From Heterodontus francisci (lineage: Eukaryota): 64,000 nucleotides of DNA. The stretch lies in contig NC_090399.1 in assembly GCF_036365525.1 (NCBI RefSeq), forward strand, positions 53,910,430 to 53,974,429, read 5' to 3'. Shown piece after piece: positions 11,777 through 24,200 of this stretch; the first letter of the stretch is position 1; each line of letters starts with the position of its first letter. Both the position numbers and the translations under genes were made by a program. The notes under the pieces are model-generated. The model worked only from the letters and a program-made list of their open reading frames with translations, did no database searches and had not been told where the DNA came from.

Positions 11777-12272
11777 ATCTACATAGACTGTGGGGAGGGG
11801 GGGGGGTGGAATTTTATGCCCTCCCCCACAGCGGATTTGGTGGCGTGTGGGGTGATATAATTAGGCAGGATGTGTTTTTTCGGATTCTGATGGCAGGAAT
11901 TAAGTCAGCAGCGCGTTTGGGGTGTTCCAGATTTCCCCCAGCACAGTGGGGGATTGCAGCTTTGCATTCATTTCAAATAACATGAACACTCATTACCCTA
12001 CACACAGTTCCAATTCACCTGCCAGATTACGTGAACGGTGAGCGATATTCCCGTGTCACCCGGTTCACGATTGTTTCTCCATGGCGTGCAGTGGTGGGAT
12101 TTGTGCAGTTGAGTCTCAGGACTGTGCTTTTCTCTCTTTAACTCATCCACTAAACTAACACCAGCATTGCAGTGGATGTTTGCCACTAGGCTCGGCATCA
12201 GCAAGGGTGAATCTTCTCAGGGGATGGCCGCAAAGGTGGTAGCTACCTGGAGGAGGAGGGGAAGGTGGTCGG

Positions 12273-15200
12273 GGAGGGAAGGGTGGTGCTGATTGGGTAC
12301 ATGGAGGAACAGGGGAGTGTGGAGTGGAGGGAAGGGTGGGGCTGATCGGGTACATAGAGGAACAGGGGAGTGTGGAGTGGAGGGAAGGGTGGTGCTGATT
12401 GGGTACATAGAGGAACAGGGGAGTGTGGAGTGGAGGGAAGGGTGGGGCTGATCGGGTACATGGAGGAACAGGGGAGTGTGGAGTGGAGGGAAGGGTGGGG
12501 CTGATCGGGTACATGGAGCAGCAGGGGATTGTGGAGTGGAGGGAAGGGTGGGGCTGATCGGGTACATAGAGGAACAGGGGAGTGTGGAGTGGAGGGAAGG
12601 GTGGTGCTGATTGGGTACATGGTGGAACAGGGGAGTGTGGAGTGGAGGGAAGGGTGGGGCTGATCGGGTACATGGAGGAACAGGGGAGTGTGGAGTGGAG
12701 GGAAGGGTGGGGCTGATCGGGTACATAGAGGAACAGGGGAGTGTGGACTCGAGGGAAGGGTGGGGCTGATCGGGTACATGGAGGAACAGGGGATTGTGGA
12801 GTGGAGGGAAGGGTGGGGCTGATCGGGTACATAGAGGAACAGGGGAGTGTGGAGTGGAGGGAAGGGTGGGGCTGATCGGGTACATAGAGGAACAGGGGAG
12901 TGTGGAGTGGAGGGAAGGGTGGTGCTGATTGGGTACATAGAGGAACAGGGGAGTGTGGAGTGGAGGGAAGGGTGGGGCTGATCGGGTACATGGAGGAACA
13001 GGGGATTGTGGAGTCGAGGGAAGGGTGGGGCTGATCGGGTACATGGAGGAACAGGGGAGTGTGGAGTGGAGGGAAGGGTGGGGCTGATCGGGTACATAGA
13101 GGAACAGGGGAGTGTGGAGTGGAGGGAAGGGTGGTGCTGATTGGGTACATAGAGGAACAGGGGAGTGTGGAGTGGAGGGAAGGGTGGGGCTGATCGGGTA
13201 CATGGAGGAACAGGGGATTGTGGAGTCGAGGGAAGGGTGGGGCTGATCGGGTACATGGAGGAACAGGGGATTGTGGAGTGGAGGGAAGGGTGGGGCTGAT
13301 CGGGTACATGGAGGAACAGGGGAGTGTGGAGTGGAGGGAAGGGTGGGGCTGATCGGGTACATGGAGGAACAGGGGAGTGTGGAGTGGAGGGAAGGGTGGG
13401 GCTGATTGGGTACATAGAGGAACAGGGGAGTGTGGAGTGGAGGGAAGGGTGGGGCTGATCGGGTACATGGAGGAACAGGGGATTGTGGAGTGGAGGGAAG
13501 GGTGGGGCTGATCGGGTACATAGAGGAACAGGGGAGTGTGGAGTGGAGGGAAGGGTGGGGCTGATCGGGTACATAGAGGAACAGGGGAGTGTGGAGTGGA
13601 GGGAAGGGTGGTGCTGATTGGGTACATAGAGGAACAGGGGAGTGTGGAGTGGAGGGAAGGGTGGGGCTGATCGGGTACATGGAGGAACAGGGGATTGAGG
13701 AGTCGAGGGAAGGGTGGGGCTGATCGGGTACATGGAGGAACAGGGGAGTGTGGAGTGGAGGGAAGGGTGGGGCTGATCGGGTACATGGAGGAACAGGGGA
13801 TTGTGGAGTCGAGGGAAGGGTGGGGCTGATCGGGTACATGGAGGAACAGGGGAGTGTGGAGTGGAGGGAAGGGTGGGGCTGATCGGGTACATGGAGGAAC
13901 AGGGGAGTGTGGAGTCGAGGGAAGGGTGGGGCTGATCAGGTACATGGAGGAACAGGGGAGTGTGGAGTGGAGGGAAGGGTGGGGCTGATAGGGTACATGG
14001 AGGAACAGGGGAGTGTGGAGTGGAGGGAAGGGTGGTGCTGATCGGGTACATGGAGGAACAGGGGAGTGTGGAGTGGAGGGAAGGGTGGGGCTGATCGGGT
14101 AAATAGAGGAACAGGGGAGTGTGGAGTGGAGGGAAGGGTGGGGCTGATCGGGTACATGGAGGAACAGGGGAGTGTGGAGTGGAGGGAAGGGTGGGGCTGA
14201 TCGGGTACATGGAGGAACAGGGGAGTGTGGAGTGGAGGGAAGGGTGGGGCTGATCGGGTACATGGTGGAACAGGGGAGTGTGGAGTGGAGGGAAGGGTGG
14301 GGCTGATCGGGTACATAGAGGAACAGGGGAGTGTGGAGTGGAGGGAAGGGTGGGGCTGATCGGGTACATAGAGGAACAGGGGATTGTGGAGTCGAGGGAA
14401 GGGTGGGGCTGATCGGGTACATAGAGGAACAGGGGAGTGTGGAGCGGAGGGAAGGGTGGGGCTGATCGGGTAAATAGAGGAACAGGGGAGTGTGGAGTGG
14501 AGGGAAGGGTGGGGCTGATCGGGTACATGGAGGAACAGGGGAGTGTGGAGTGGAGGGAAGGGTGGGGCCGATCGGGTAAATAGAGGAACAGGGGAGTGTG
14601 GAGTGGAGGGAAGGGTGGGGCTGATCGGGAACATGGAGGAACAGGGGAGTGTGGAGTGGAGGGAAGGGTGGGGCTGATCGGGAACATGGAGGAACAGGGG
14701 AGTGTGGAGTGGAGGGAAGGGTGGGGCTGATCGGGAACATGGAGGAACAGGGGAGTGTGGAGTGGAGGGAAGGGTGGGGCTGATCGGGAACATGGAGGAA
14801 CAGGGGAGTGTGGAGTGGAGGGAAGGGTGGGGCTGATCGGGTACATAGAGGAACAGGGGAGTGTGGAGTGGAGGGAACGGTGGTGCTGATCAGGTACATG
14901 GAGGAACAGGGGAGTGTGGAGTGGAGGGAAGGGTGGGGCTGATCGGGTACATGGAGGAACAGGGGAGTGTGGAGTGGAGGGAAGGGTGGGGCTGATCGGG
15001 TACATGAGCAGCAGGGGATTGTGGAGTCGAGGGAAGGGTGGGGCTGATCGGGTACATGGAGGAACAGGGGAGTGTGGAGTGGAGGGAAGGGTGGGGCTGA
15101 TCAGGGACATAGAGGAGCAGGGGAGTGTGGAGTGGAGGGAAGGGTGGGGCTGATCGGGTACATAGAGGAACAGGGGAGTGTGGAGTGGAGGGAAGGGTGG

Positions 15201-18200
15201 GGCTGATCGGGTACATGGAGGAACAGGGGAGTGTGGAGTGGAGGGAAGGGTGGGGCTGATCAGGTACATGGAGGAACAGGGGAGTGTGGAGTGGAGGGAA
15301 GGGTGGGGCTGATCGGGTACATGAGCAGCAGGGGATTGTGGAGTCGAGGGAAGGGTGGGGCTGATCAGGGACATAGAGGAGCAGGGGAGTGTGGAGTGGA
15401 GGGAAGGGTGGGGCTGATCGGGTACATGGAGGAACAGGGGAGTGTGGAGTGGAGGGAAGGGTGGGGCTGATCAGGGACATAGAGGAGCAGGGGAGTGTGG
15501 AGTGGAGGGAAGGGTGGGGCTGATCGGGTACATAGAGGAACAGGGGAGTGTGGAGCGGAGGGAAGGGTGGGGCTGATCGGGTACATAGAGGAACAGGGGA
15601 GTGTGGAGTGGAGGGAAGGGTGGGGCTGATCGGGTACATAGAGGAACAGGGGAGTGTGGAGTGGAGGGAAGGGTGGGGCTGATCGGGTACATAGAGGAAC
15701 AGGGGAGTGAGGAGTGGAGGGAAGGGTGGGGCTGATCGGGTACATAGAGGAACAGGGGAGTGTGGAGTGGAGGGAAGGGTGGGGCTGATCGGGTACATAG
15801 AGGAACAGGGGAGTGTGGAGTGGAGGGAAGGGTGGGGCTGATCGGGTACATAGAGGAACAGGGGAGTGTGGAGTGGAGGGAAGGGTGGGGCTGATCGGGT
15901 ACATGGAGGAACAGGGGAGTGTGGAGTGGAGGGAAGGGTGGGGCTGATCGGGTACATAGAGGAACAGGGGATTGTGGAGCGGAGGGAAGGGTGGGGCTGA
16001 TCGGGTACATAGAGGAACAGGGGAGTGTGGAGTGGAGGGAAGGGTGGGGCTGATCGGGTACATGAGCAGCAGGGGATTGTGGAGTCGAGGGAAGGGTGGG
16101 GCTGATCGGGTACATGGAGGAACAGGGGAGTGTGGAGTGGAGGGAAGGGTGGGGCTGATCAGGGACATAGAGGAGCAGGGGAGTGTGGAGTGGAGGGAAG
16201 GGTGGGGCTGATCGGGTACATGGAGGAACAGGGGAGTGTGGAGTGGAGGGAAGGGTGGGGCTGATCAGGGACATAGAGGAGCAGGGGAGTGTGGAGTGGA
16301 GGGAAGGGTGGGGCTGATCGGGTACAAAGAGGAACAGGGGAGTGTGGAGTGGAGGGAAGGGTGGGGCTGATCGGGTACAAAGAGGAACAGGGGAGTGTGG
16401 AGTGGAGGGAAGGGTGGGGCTGATCGGGTACATAGAGGAACAGGGGAGTGTGGAGTGGAGGGAAGGGTGGGGCTGATCAGGGACATAGAGGAGCAGGGGA
16501 GTGTGGAGTGGAGGGAAGGGTGGGGCTGATCGGGTACAAAGAGGAACAGGGGAGTGTGGAGTGGAGGGAAGGGTGGGGCTGATCGGGTACATAGAGGAAC
16601 AGGGGAGTGTGGAGTGGAGGGAAGGGTGGGGCTGATCGGGTACATGGTGGAACAGGGGAGTGTGGAGTGGAGGGAAGGGTGGGGCTGTTCGGGTACATGG
16701 AGGAACAGGGGAGTGTGGAGTGGAGGGAAGGGTGGGGCTGATCGGGTACAAAGAGGAACAGGGGAGTGTGGAGTGGAGGGAAGGGTGGAGCTGATCGGGT
16801 ACATAGAGGAGCAGGGGAGTGTGGAGTGGAGGGAAGGGTGGGGCTGATCGGGTACAAAGAGGAACAGGGGAGTGTGGAGTGGAGGGAAGGGTGGTGCTGA
16901 TCGGGTACATGGAGGAACAGGGGAGTGTGGAGTGGAGGGAAGGGTGGGGCTGATCGGGTACATAGAGGAACAGGGGAGTGTGGAGTGGAGGGAAGGGTGG
17001 TGCTGATCGGGTACATGGAGGAACAGGGGAGTGTGGAGTGGAGGGAAGGGTGGGACTGATCGGGTACATAGAGGAACAGGGGAGTGTGGAGTGGAGGGAA
17101 GGGTGGGGCTGATCGGGTACATGGAAGAACAGGGGAGTGCGGAGTCGAGGGAAGGGTGGTGCTGATCGGGTACATAGAGGAACAGGGGAGTGTGGAGTGG
17201 AGGGAAGGGTGGGGCTGATCGGGTACATAGAGGAACAGGGGAGTGTGGAGTGGAGGGAAGGGTGGGGCTGATCGGGTACATGGAGGAACAGGGGAGTGTG
17301 GAGTGGAGGGAAGGGTGGTGCTGATCGGGTACATGGAGGAACAGGGGAGTGTGGAGTGGAGGGAAGGGAGGGGCTGATCGGGTACATGGAGGAACAGGGG
17401 AGTGTGGAGTGGAGGGAAGGGTGGGGCTGATCGGGTACATAGAGGAACAGGGGAGTGTGGAGTGGAGGGAAGGGTGGGGCTGATCGGGTACAAAGAGGAA
17501 CAGGGGAGTGTGGAGTGGAGGGAAGGGTGGGGCTGATCGGGTACATAGAGGAACAGGGGAGTGTGGAGTGGAGGGAAGGGTGGGGCTGATCGGGTACATG
17601 GAGGAACAGGGGAGTGTGGAGCGGAGGGAAGGGTGGGGCTGATCGGGTACATAGAGGAACAGGGGAGTGTGGAGTGGAGGGAAGGGTGGGGCTGATCGGG
17701 TACATGGAGGAACAGGGGAGTGTGGAGTGGAGGGAAGGGTGGGGCTGATCGGGTACATGGAGGAACAGGGGAGTGTGGAGCGGAGGGAAGGGTGGGGCTG
17801 TTCGGGTACATGGAGGAACAGGGGAGTGTGGAGTGGAGGGAAGGGTGGGGCTGATCGGGTACATAGAGGAACAGGGGAGTGTGGAGTGGAGGGAAGGGTG
17901 GGGCTGATCGGGTACATAGAGGAACAGGGGAGTGTGGAGTGGAGGGAAGGGTGGGGCTGATCGGGTACATAGAGGAACAGGGGAGTGTGGAGTGGAGGGA
18001 AGGGTGGGGCTGATCGGGTACATGGAGGAACAGGGGAGTGTGGAGTGGAGGGAAGGGTGGGGCTGATCGGGTACATGGAAGAACAGGGGAGTGTGGAGTG
18101 GAGGGAAGGGTGGGGCTGATCGGGTACATGGAGGAACAGGGGAGTGTGGAGTGGAGGGAAGGGTGGGGCTGATCGGGTACATGGAGGAACAGGGGAGTGT

Positions 18201-21200
18201 GGAGTGGAGGGAAGGGTGGGGCTGATCGGGTACATGGAGGAACAGGGGAGTGTGGAGTGGAGGGAAGGGTGGGGCTGATCGGGTACATGGAGGAACAGGG
18301 GAGTGTGGAGTGGAGGGAAGGGTGGGGCTGATCGGGTACATGGAGGAACAGGGGAGTGTGGAGTGGAGGGAAGGGTAGGGCTGATCGGGTACATAGAGGA
18401 ACAGGGGAGTGTGGAGTGGAGGGAAGGGTGGGGCTGATCGGGTACATGGAGGAACAGGGGAGTGTGGAGTGGAGGGAAGGGTGGGGCTGATCGAGAACAT
18501 GGAGGAACAGGGGAGTGTGGAGTGGAGGGAAGGGTGGGGCTGATCGGGAACATGGAGGAACAGGGGAGTGTGGAGTGGAGGGAAGGGTGGGGCTGATCGG
18601 GAACATGGAGGAACAGGGGAGTGTGGAGTGGAGGGAAGGGTGGGGCTGATCAGGTACATAGAGGAACAGGGGAGTGTGGAGTGGAGGGAACGGTGGTGCT
18701 GATCAGGTACATGGAGGAACAGGGGAGTGTGGAGTGGAGGGAAGGGTGGGGCTGATCGGGTACATGGAGGAACAGGGGAGTGTGGAGTGGAGGGAAGGGT
18801 GGGGCTGATCGGGTACATGAGCAGCAGGGGATTGTGGAGTCGAGGGAAGGGTGGGGCTGATCGGGTACATGGAGGAACAGGGGAGTGTGGAGTGGAGGGA
18901 AGGGTGGGGCTGATCAGGGACATAGAGGAGCAGGGGAGTGTGGAGTGGAGGGAAGGGTGGGGCTGATCGGGTACATAGAGGAACAGGGGAGTGTGGAGTG
19001 GAGGGAAGGGTGGGGCTGATCAGGTACATGGAGGAACAGGGGAGTGTGGAGTGGAGGGAAGGGTGGGGCTGATCGGGTACATGGAGGAACAGGGGAGTGT
19101 GGAGTGGAGGGAAGGGTGGGGCTGATCAGGTACATGGAGGAACAGGGGAGTGTGGAGTGGAGGGAAGGGTGGGGCTGATCGGGTACATGAGCAGCAGGGG
19201 ATTGTGGAGTCGAGGGAAGGGTGGGGCTGATCAGGGACATAGAGGAGCAGGGGAGTGTGGAGTGGAGGGAAGGGTGGGGCTGATCGGGTACATGGAGGAA
19301 CAGGGGAGTGTGGAGTGGAGGGAAGGGTGGGGCTGATCAGGGACATAGAGGAGCAGGGGAGTGTGGAGTGGAGGGAAGGGTGGGGCTGATCGGGTACATA
19401 GAGGAACAGGGGAGTGTGGAGCGGAGGGAAGGGTGGGGCTGATCGGGTACATAGAGGAACAGGGGAGTGTGGAGTGGAGGGAAGGGTGGGGCTGATCGGG
19501 TACATAGAGGAACAGGGGAGTGTGGAGTGGAGGGAAGGGTGGGGCTGATCGGGTACATAGAGGAACAGGGGAGTGTGGAGTGGAGGGAAGGGTGGGGCTG
19601 ATCGGGTACATAGAGGAACAGGGGAGTGTGGAGTGGAGGGAAGGGTGGGGCTGATCGGGTACATAGAGGAACAGGGGAGTGTGGAGTGGAGGGAAGGGTG
19701 GGGCTGATCGGGTACATGAGCAGCAGGGGATTGTGGAGTCGAGGGAAGGGTGGGGCTGATCGGGTACATGGAGGAACAGGGGAGTGTGGAGTGGAGGGAA
19801 GGGTGGGGCTGATCAGGGACATAGAGTAGCAGGGGAGTGTGGAGTGGAGGGAAGGGTGGGGCTGATCGGGTACATGGAGGAACAGGGGAGTGTGGAGTGG
19901 AGGGAAGGGTGGGGCTGATCAGGGACATAGAGGAGCAGGGGAGTGTGGAGTGGAGGGAAGGGTGGGGCTGATCGGGTACAAAGAGGAACAGGGGAGTGTG
20001 GAGTGGAGGGAAGGGTGGGGCTGATCGGGTACATAGAGGAACAGGGGAGTGTGGAGTGGAGGGAAGGGTGGGGCTGATCAGGGACATAGAGGAGCAGGGG
20101 AGTGTGGAGTGGAGGGAAGGGTGGGGCTGTTCGGGTACATGGAGGAACAGGGGAGTGTGGAGTGGAGGGAAGGGTGGGGCTGATCGGGTACAAAGAGGAA
20201 CAGGGGAGTGTGGAGTGGAGGGAAGGGTGGAGCTGATCGGGTACATAGAGGAGCAGGGGAGTGTGGAGTGGAGGGAAGGGTGGGGCTGATCGGGTACAAA
20301 GAGGAACAGGGGAGTGTGGAGTGGAGGGAAGGGTGGGGCTGATCGGGTACATGGAGGAACAGGGGAGTGTGGAGTGGAGGGAAGGGTGGGGCTGATCGGG
20401 TACATAGAGGAACAGGGGAGTGTGGAGTGGAGGGAAGGGTGGTGCTGATCGGGTACATGGAGGAACAGGGGAGTGTGGAGTGGAGGGAAGGGTGGGACTG
20501 ATCGGGTACATCGAGGAACAGGGGAGTGTGGAGTGGAGGGAAGGGTGGGGCTGATCGGGTACATGGAAGAACAGGGGAGTGCGGAGTCGAGGGAAGGGTG
20601 GTGCTGATCGGGTACATAGAGGAACAGGGGAGTGTGGAGTGGAGGGAAGGGTGGGGCTGATCGGGTACATGGAGGAACAGGGGAGTGTGGAGTGGAGGGA
20701 AGGGTGGGGCTGATCGGGTACATAGAGGAACAGGGGAGTGTGGAGTGTAGGGAAGGGTGGGGCTGATCGGGTACATGGAGGAACAGGGGAGTGTGGAGTG
20801 GAGGGAAGGGTGGTGCTGATCGGGTACATGGAGGAACAGGGGAGTGTGGAGTGGAGGGAAGGGAGGGGCTGATCGGGTACATGGAGGAACAGGGGAGTGT
20901 GGAGTGGAGGGAAGGGTGGGGCTGATCGGGTACATAGAGGAACAGGGGAGTGTGGAGTGGAGGGAAGGGTGGGGCTGATCGGGTACATGGAGGAACAGGG
21001 GAGTGTGGAGTGGAGGGAAGGGTGGTGCTGATCGGGTACATGGAGGAACAGGGGAGTGTGGAGTGGAGGGAAGGGAGGGGCTGATCGGGTACATGGAGGA
21101 ACAGGGGAGTGTGGAGTGGAGGGAAGGGTGGGGCTGATCGGGTACATCGAGGAACAGGGGAGTGTGGAGTGGAGGGAAGGGTGGGGCTGATCGGGTACAT

Positions 21201-24200
21201 AGAGGAACAGGGGATTGTGGAGTCGAGGGAAGGGTGGGGCTGATCGGGTACAAAGAGGAACAGGGGAGTGTGGAGTGGAGGGAAGGGTGGGGCTGATCGG
21301 GTACATGGAGGAACAGGGGAGTGTGGAGTGGAGGGAAGGGTGGTGCTGATCGGGTACATGGAGGAACAGGGGAGTGTGGAGTGGAGGGAAGGGAGGGGCT
21401 GATCGGGTACATGGAGGAACAGGGGAGTGTGGAGTGGAGGGAAGGGTGGGGCTGATCGGGTACATAGAGGAACAGGGGAGTGTGGAGTGGAGGGAAGGGT
21501 GGGGCTGATCGGGTACATGGAGGAACAGGGGAGTGTGGAGTGGAGGGAAGGGTGGTGCTGATCGGGTACATGGAGGAACAGGGGAGTGTGGAGTGGAGGG
21601 AAGGGAGGGGCTGATCGGGTACATGGAGGAACAGGGGAGTGTGGAGTGGAGGGAAGGGTGGGGCTGATCGGGTACATAGAGGAACAGGGGAGTGTGGAGT
21701 GGAGGGAAGGGTGGGGCTGATCGGGTACATGGAGGAACAGGGGAGTGTGGAGTGGAGGGAAGGGTGGTGCTGATCGGGTACATGGAGGAACAGGGGAGTG
21801 TGGAGTGGAGGGAAGGGAGGGGCTGATCGGGTACATGGAGGAACAGGGGAGTGTGGAGTGGAGGGAAGGGTGGGGCTGATCGGGTACATCGAGGAACAGG
21901 GGAGTGTGGAGTGGAGGGAAGGGTGGGGCTGATCGGGTACATAGAGGAACAGGGGATTGTGGAGTCGAGGGAAGGGTGGGGCTGATCGGGTACAAAGAGG
22001 AACAGGGGAGTGTGGAGTGGAGGGAAGGGTGGGGCTGATCGGGTACATGGAGGAACAGGGGAGTGTGGAGTGGAGGGAAGGGTGGTGCTGATCGGGTACA
22101 TGGAGGAACAGGGGAGTGTGGAGTGGAGGGAAGGGAGGGGCTGATCGGGTACATGGAGGAACAGGGGAGTGTGGAGTGGAGGGAAGGGTGGGGCTGATCG
22201 GGTACATAGAGGAACAGGGGAGTGTGGAGTGGAGGGAAGGGTGGGGCTGATCGGGTACATGGAGGAACAGGGGAGTGTGGAGTGGAGGGAAGGGTGGTGC
22301 TGATCGGGTACATGGAGGAACAGGGGAGTGTGGAGTGGAGGGAAGGGAGGGGCTGATCGGGTACATGGAGGAACAGGGGAGTGTGGAGTGGAGGGAAGGG
22401 TGGGGCTGATCGGGTACATCGAGGAACAGGGGAGTGTGGAGTGGAGGGAAGGGTGGGGCTGATCGGGTACATAGAGGAACAGGGGAGTGTGGAGTGGAGG
22501 GAAGGGTGGGGCTGATCGGGTACATGGAGGAACAGGGGAGTGTGGAGTGGAGGGAAGGGTGGGGCTGATCGGGTACATAGAGGAACAGGGGAGTGTGGAG
22601 TGGAGGGAAGGGTGGGGCTGATCGGGTACATGGAGGAACAGGGGAGTGTGGAGTGGAGGGAAGGGTGGGGCTGATCGGGTACATGGAGGAACAGGGGAGT
22701 GTGGAGCGGAGGGAAGGGTGGGGCTGATCGGGTACATAGAGGAACAGGGGAGTGTGGAGTGGAGGGAAGGGTGGGGCTGATCGGGTACATAGAGGAACAG
22801 GGGAGTGTGGAGTGGAGGGAAGGGTGGGGCTGATCGGGTACATGGAGGAACAGGGGAGTGTGGAGTGGAGGGAAGGGTGGGGCTGATCGGGTACATAGAG
22901 GAACAGGGGAGTGTGGAGTGGAGGGAAGGGTGGGGCTGATCGGGTACATGGAGGAACAGGGGAGTGTGGAGTGGAGGGAAGGGTAGGGCTGATCGGGTAC
23001 ATAGAGGAACAGGGGAGTGTGGAGTGGAGGGAAGGGTGGGGCTGATCGGGTACATGGTGGAACAGGGGAGTGTGGAGTGGATTGAAGGGTGGGGCTGATC
23101 GGGTACATGGAGGAACAGGGGAGTGGAGGGAAGGGTGGGGCTGATCGGGTACATGGAGGAACAGGGGCGTGTGGAGTGGAGGGAAGGGTGGGGCTGATCG
23201 GGTACAAAGAGGAACAGGGGAGTGTGGAGTGGAGGGAAGGGTGGGGCTGATCGGGTACATGGTGGAACAGGGGAGTGTGGAGTGGAGGGAAGGGTGGGGC
23301 TGATCGGGTACATGGAGGAACAGGGGAGTGTGGAGTGGAGGGAAGGGTGGGGCTGATCGGGTACATGCTGGAACAGGGGAGTGTGGAGTGGAGGGAAGGG
23401 TGGGGCTGATCGGGTACATGGTGGAACAGGGGAGTGTGGAGTGGAGGGAAGGGTGGGGCTGAACGGGTACATGGAGGAACAGGGGAGTGTGGAGTGGAGC
23501 GATGGGTGGGGCTGATCGGGTACATGGAGGAACAGGGGAGTGTGGAGTGGAGGGAAGGGTGGGGCTGATCGGGTACATGGAGGAACAGGGGAGTGTGGAG
23601 TGGAGGGAAGGGTGGGGCTGATCGGGTACATGGAGGAACAGGGGAGTGTGGAGTGGAGGGAAGGGTGGGGCTGATCGGGTACATGGAAGAACAGGGGACT
23701 GTGGAGTGGAGGGAAGGGTGGGGCTGATCGGGTACATGGAGGAACAGGGGAGTGTGGAGTGGAGGGAAGGGTGGGGCTGATCGGGTACATGGAAGAACAG
23801 GGGAGTGTGGAGTGGAGGGAAGGGTGGGGCTGATCGGGTACATGGAGGAACAGGGGAATGTGGAGTGGAGGGAAGGGTGGGGCTGATCGGGTACATAGAG
23901 GAACAGGGGCGTGTGGAGTAGAGGGAAGGGTGGGGCTGATCGGGTACATGGAGGAACAGGGGAGTGTGGAGTGGAGGGAAGGGTGGGGCTGATCGGGTAC
24001 ATAGAGGAACAGGGGAGTGTGGAGTGGAGGGAAGGGTGGGGCTGATCGGGTACATGGAAGAACAGGGGAGTGTGGAGCGGAGGGAAGGGTGGGGCTGATC
24101 GGGTACATGGAGGAACAGGGGAGTGTGGAGTGGAGGGAAGGGTGGGGCTGATCGGGTACATAGAGGAACAGGGGCGTGTGGAGTGGAGGGAAGGGTGGGG

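Noticed and set aside
9751-12204. Small ORFs 9751..10035(+), 11072..11287(-), 11284..11526(-), 11533..11775(-), 11998..12204(-)
   Set aside because: Antisense shadows of the LINE, the MHC exon or intronic debris; no recognisable motifs.
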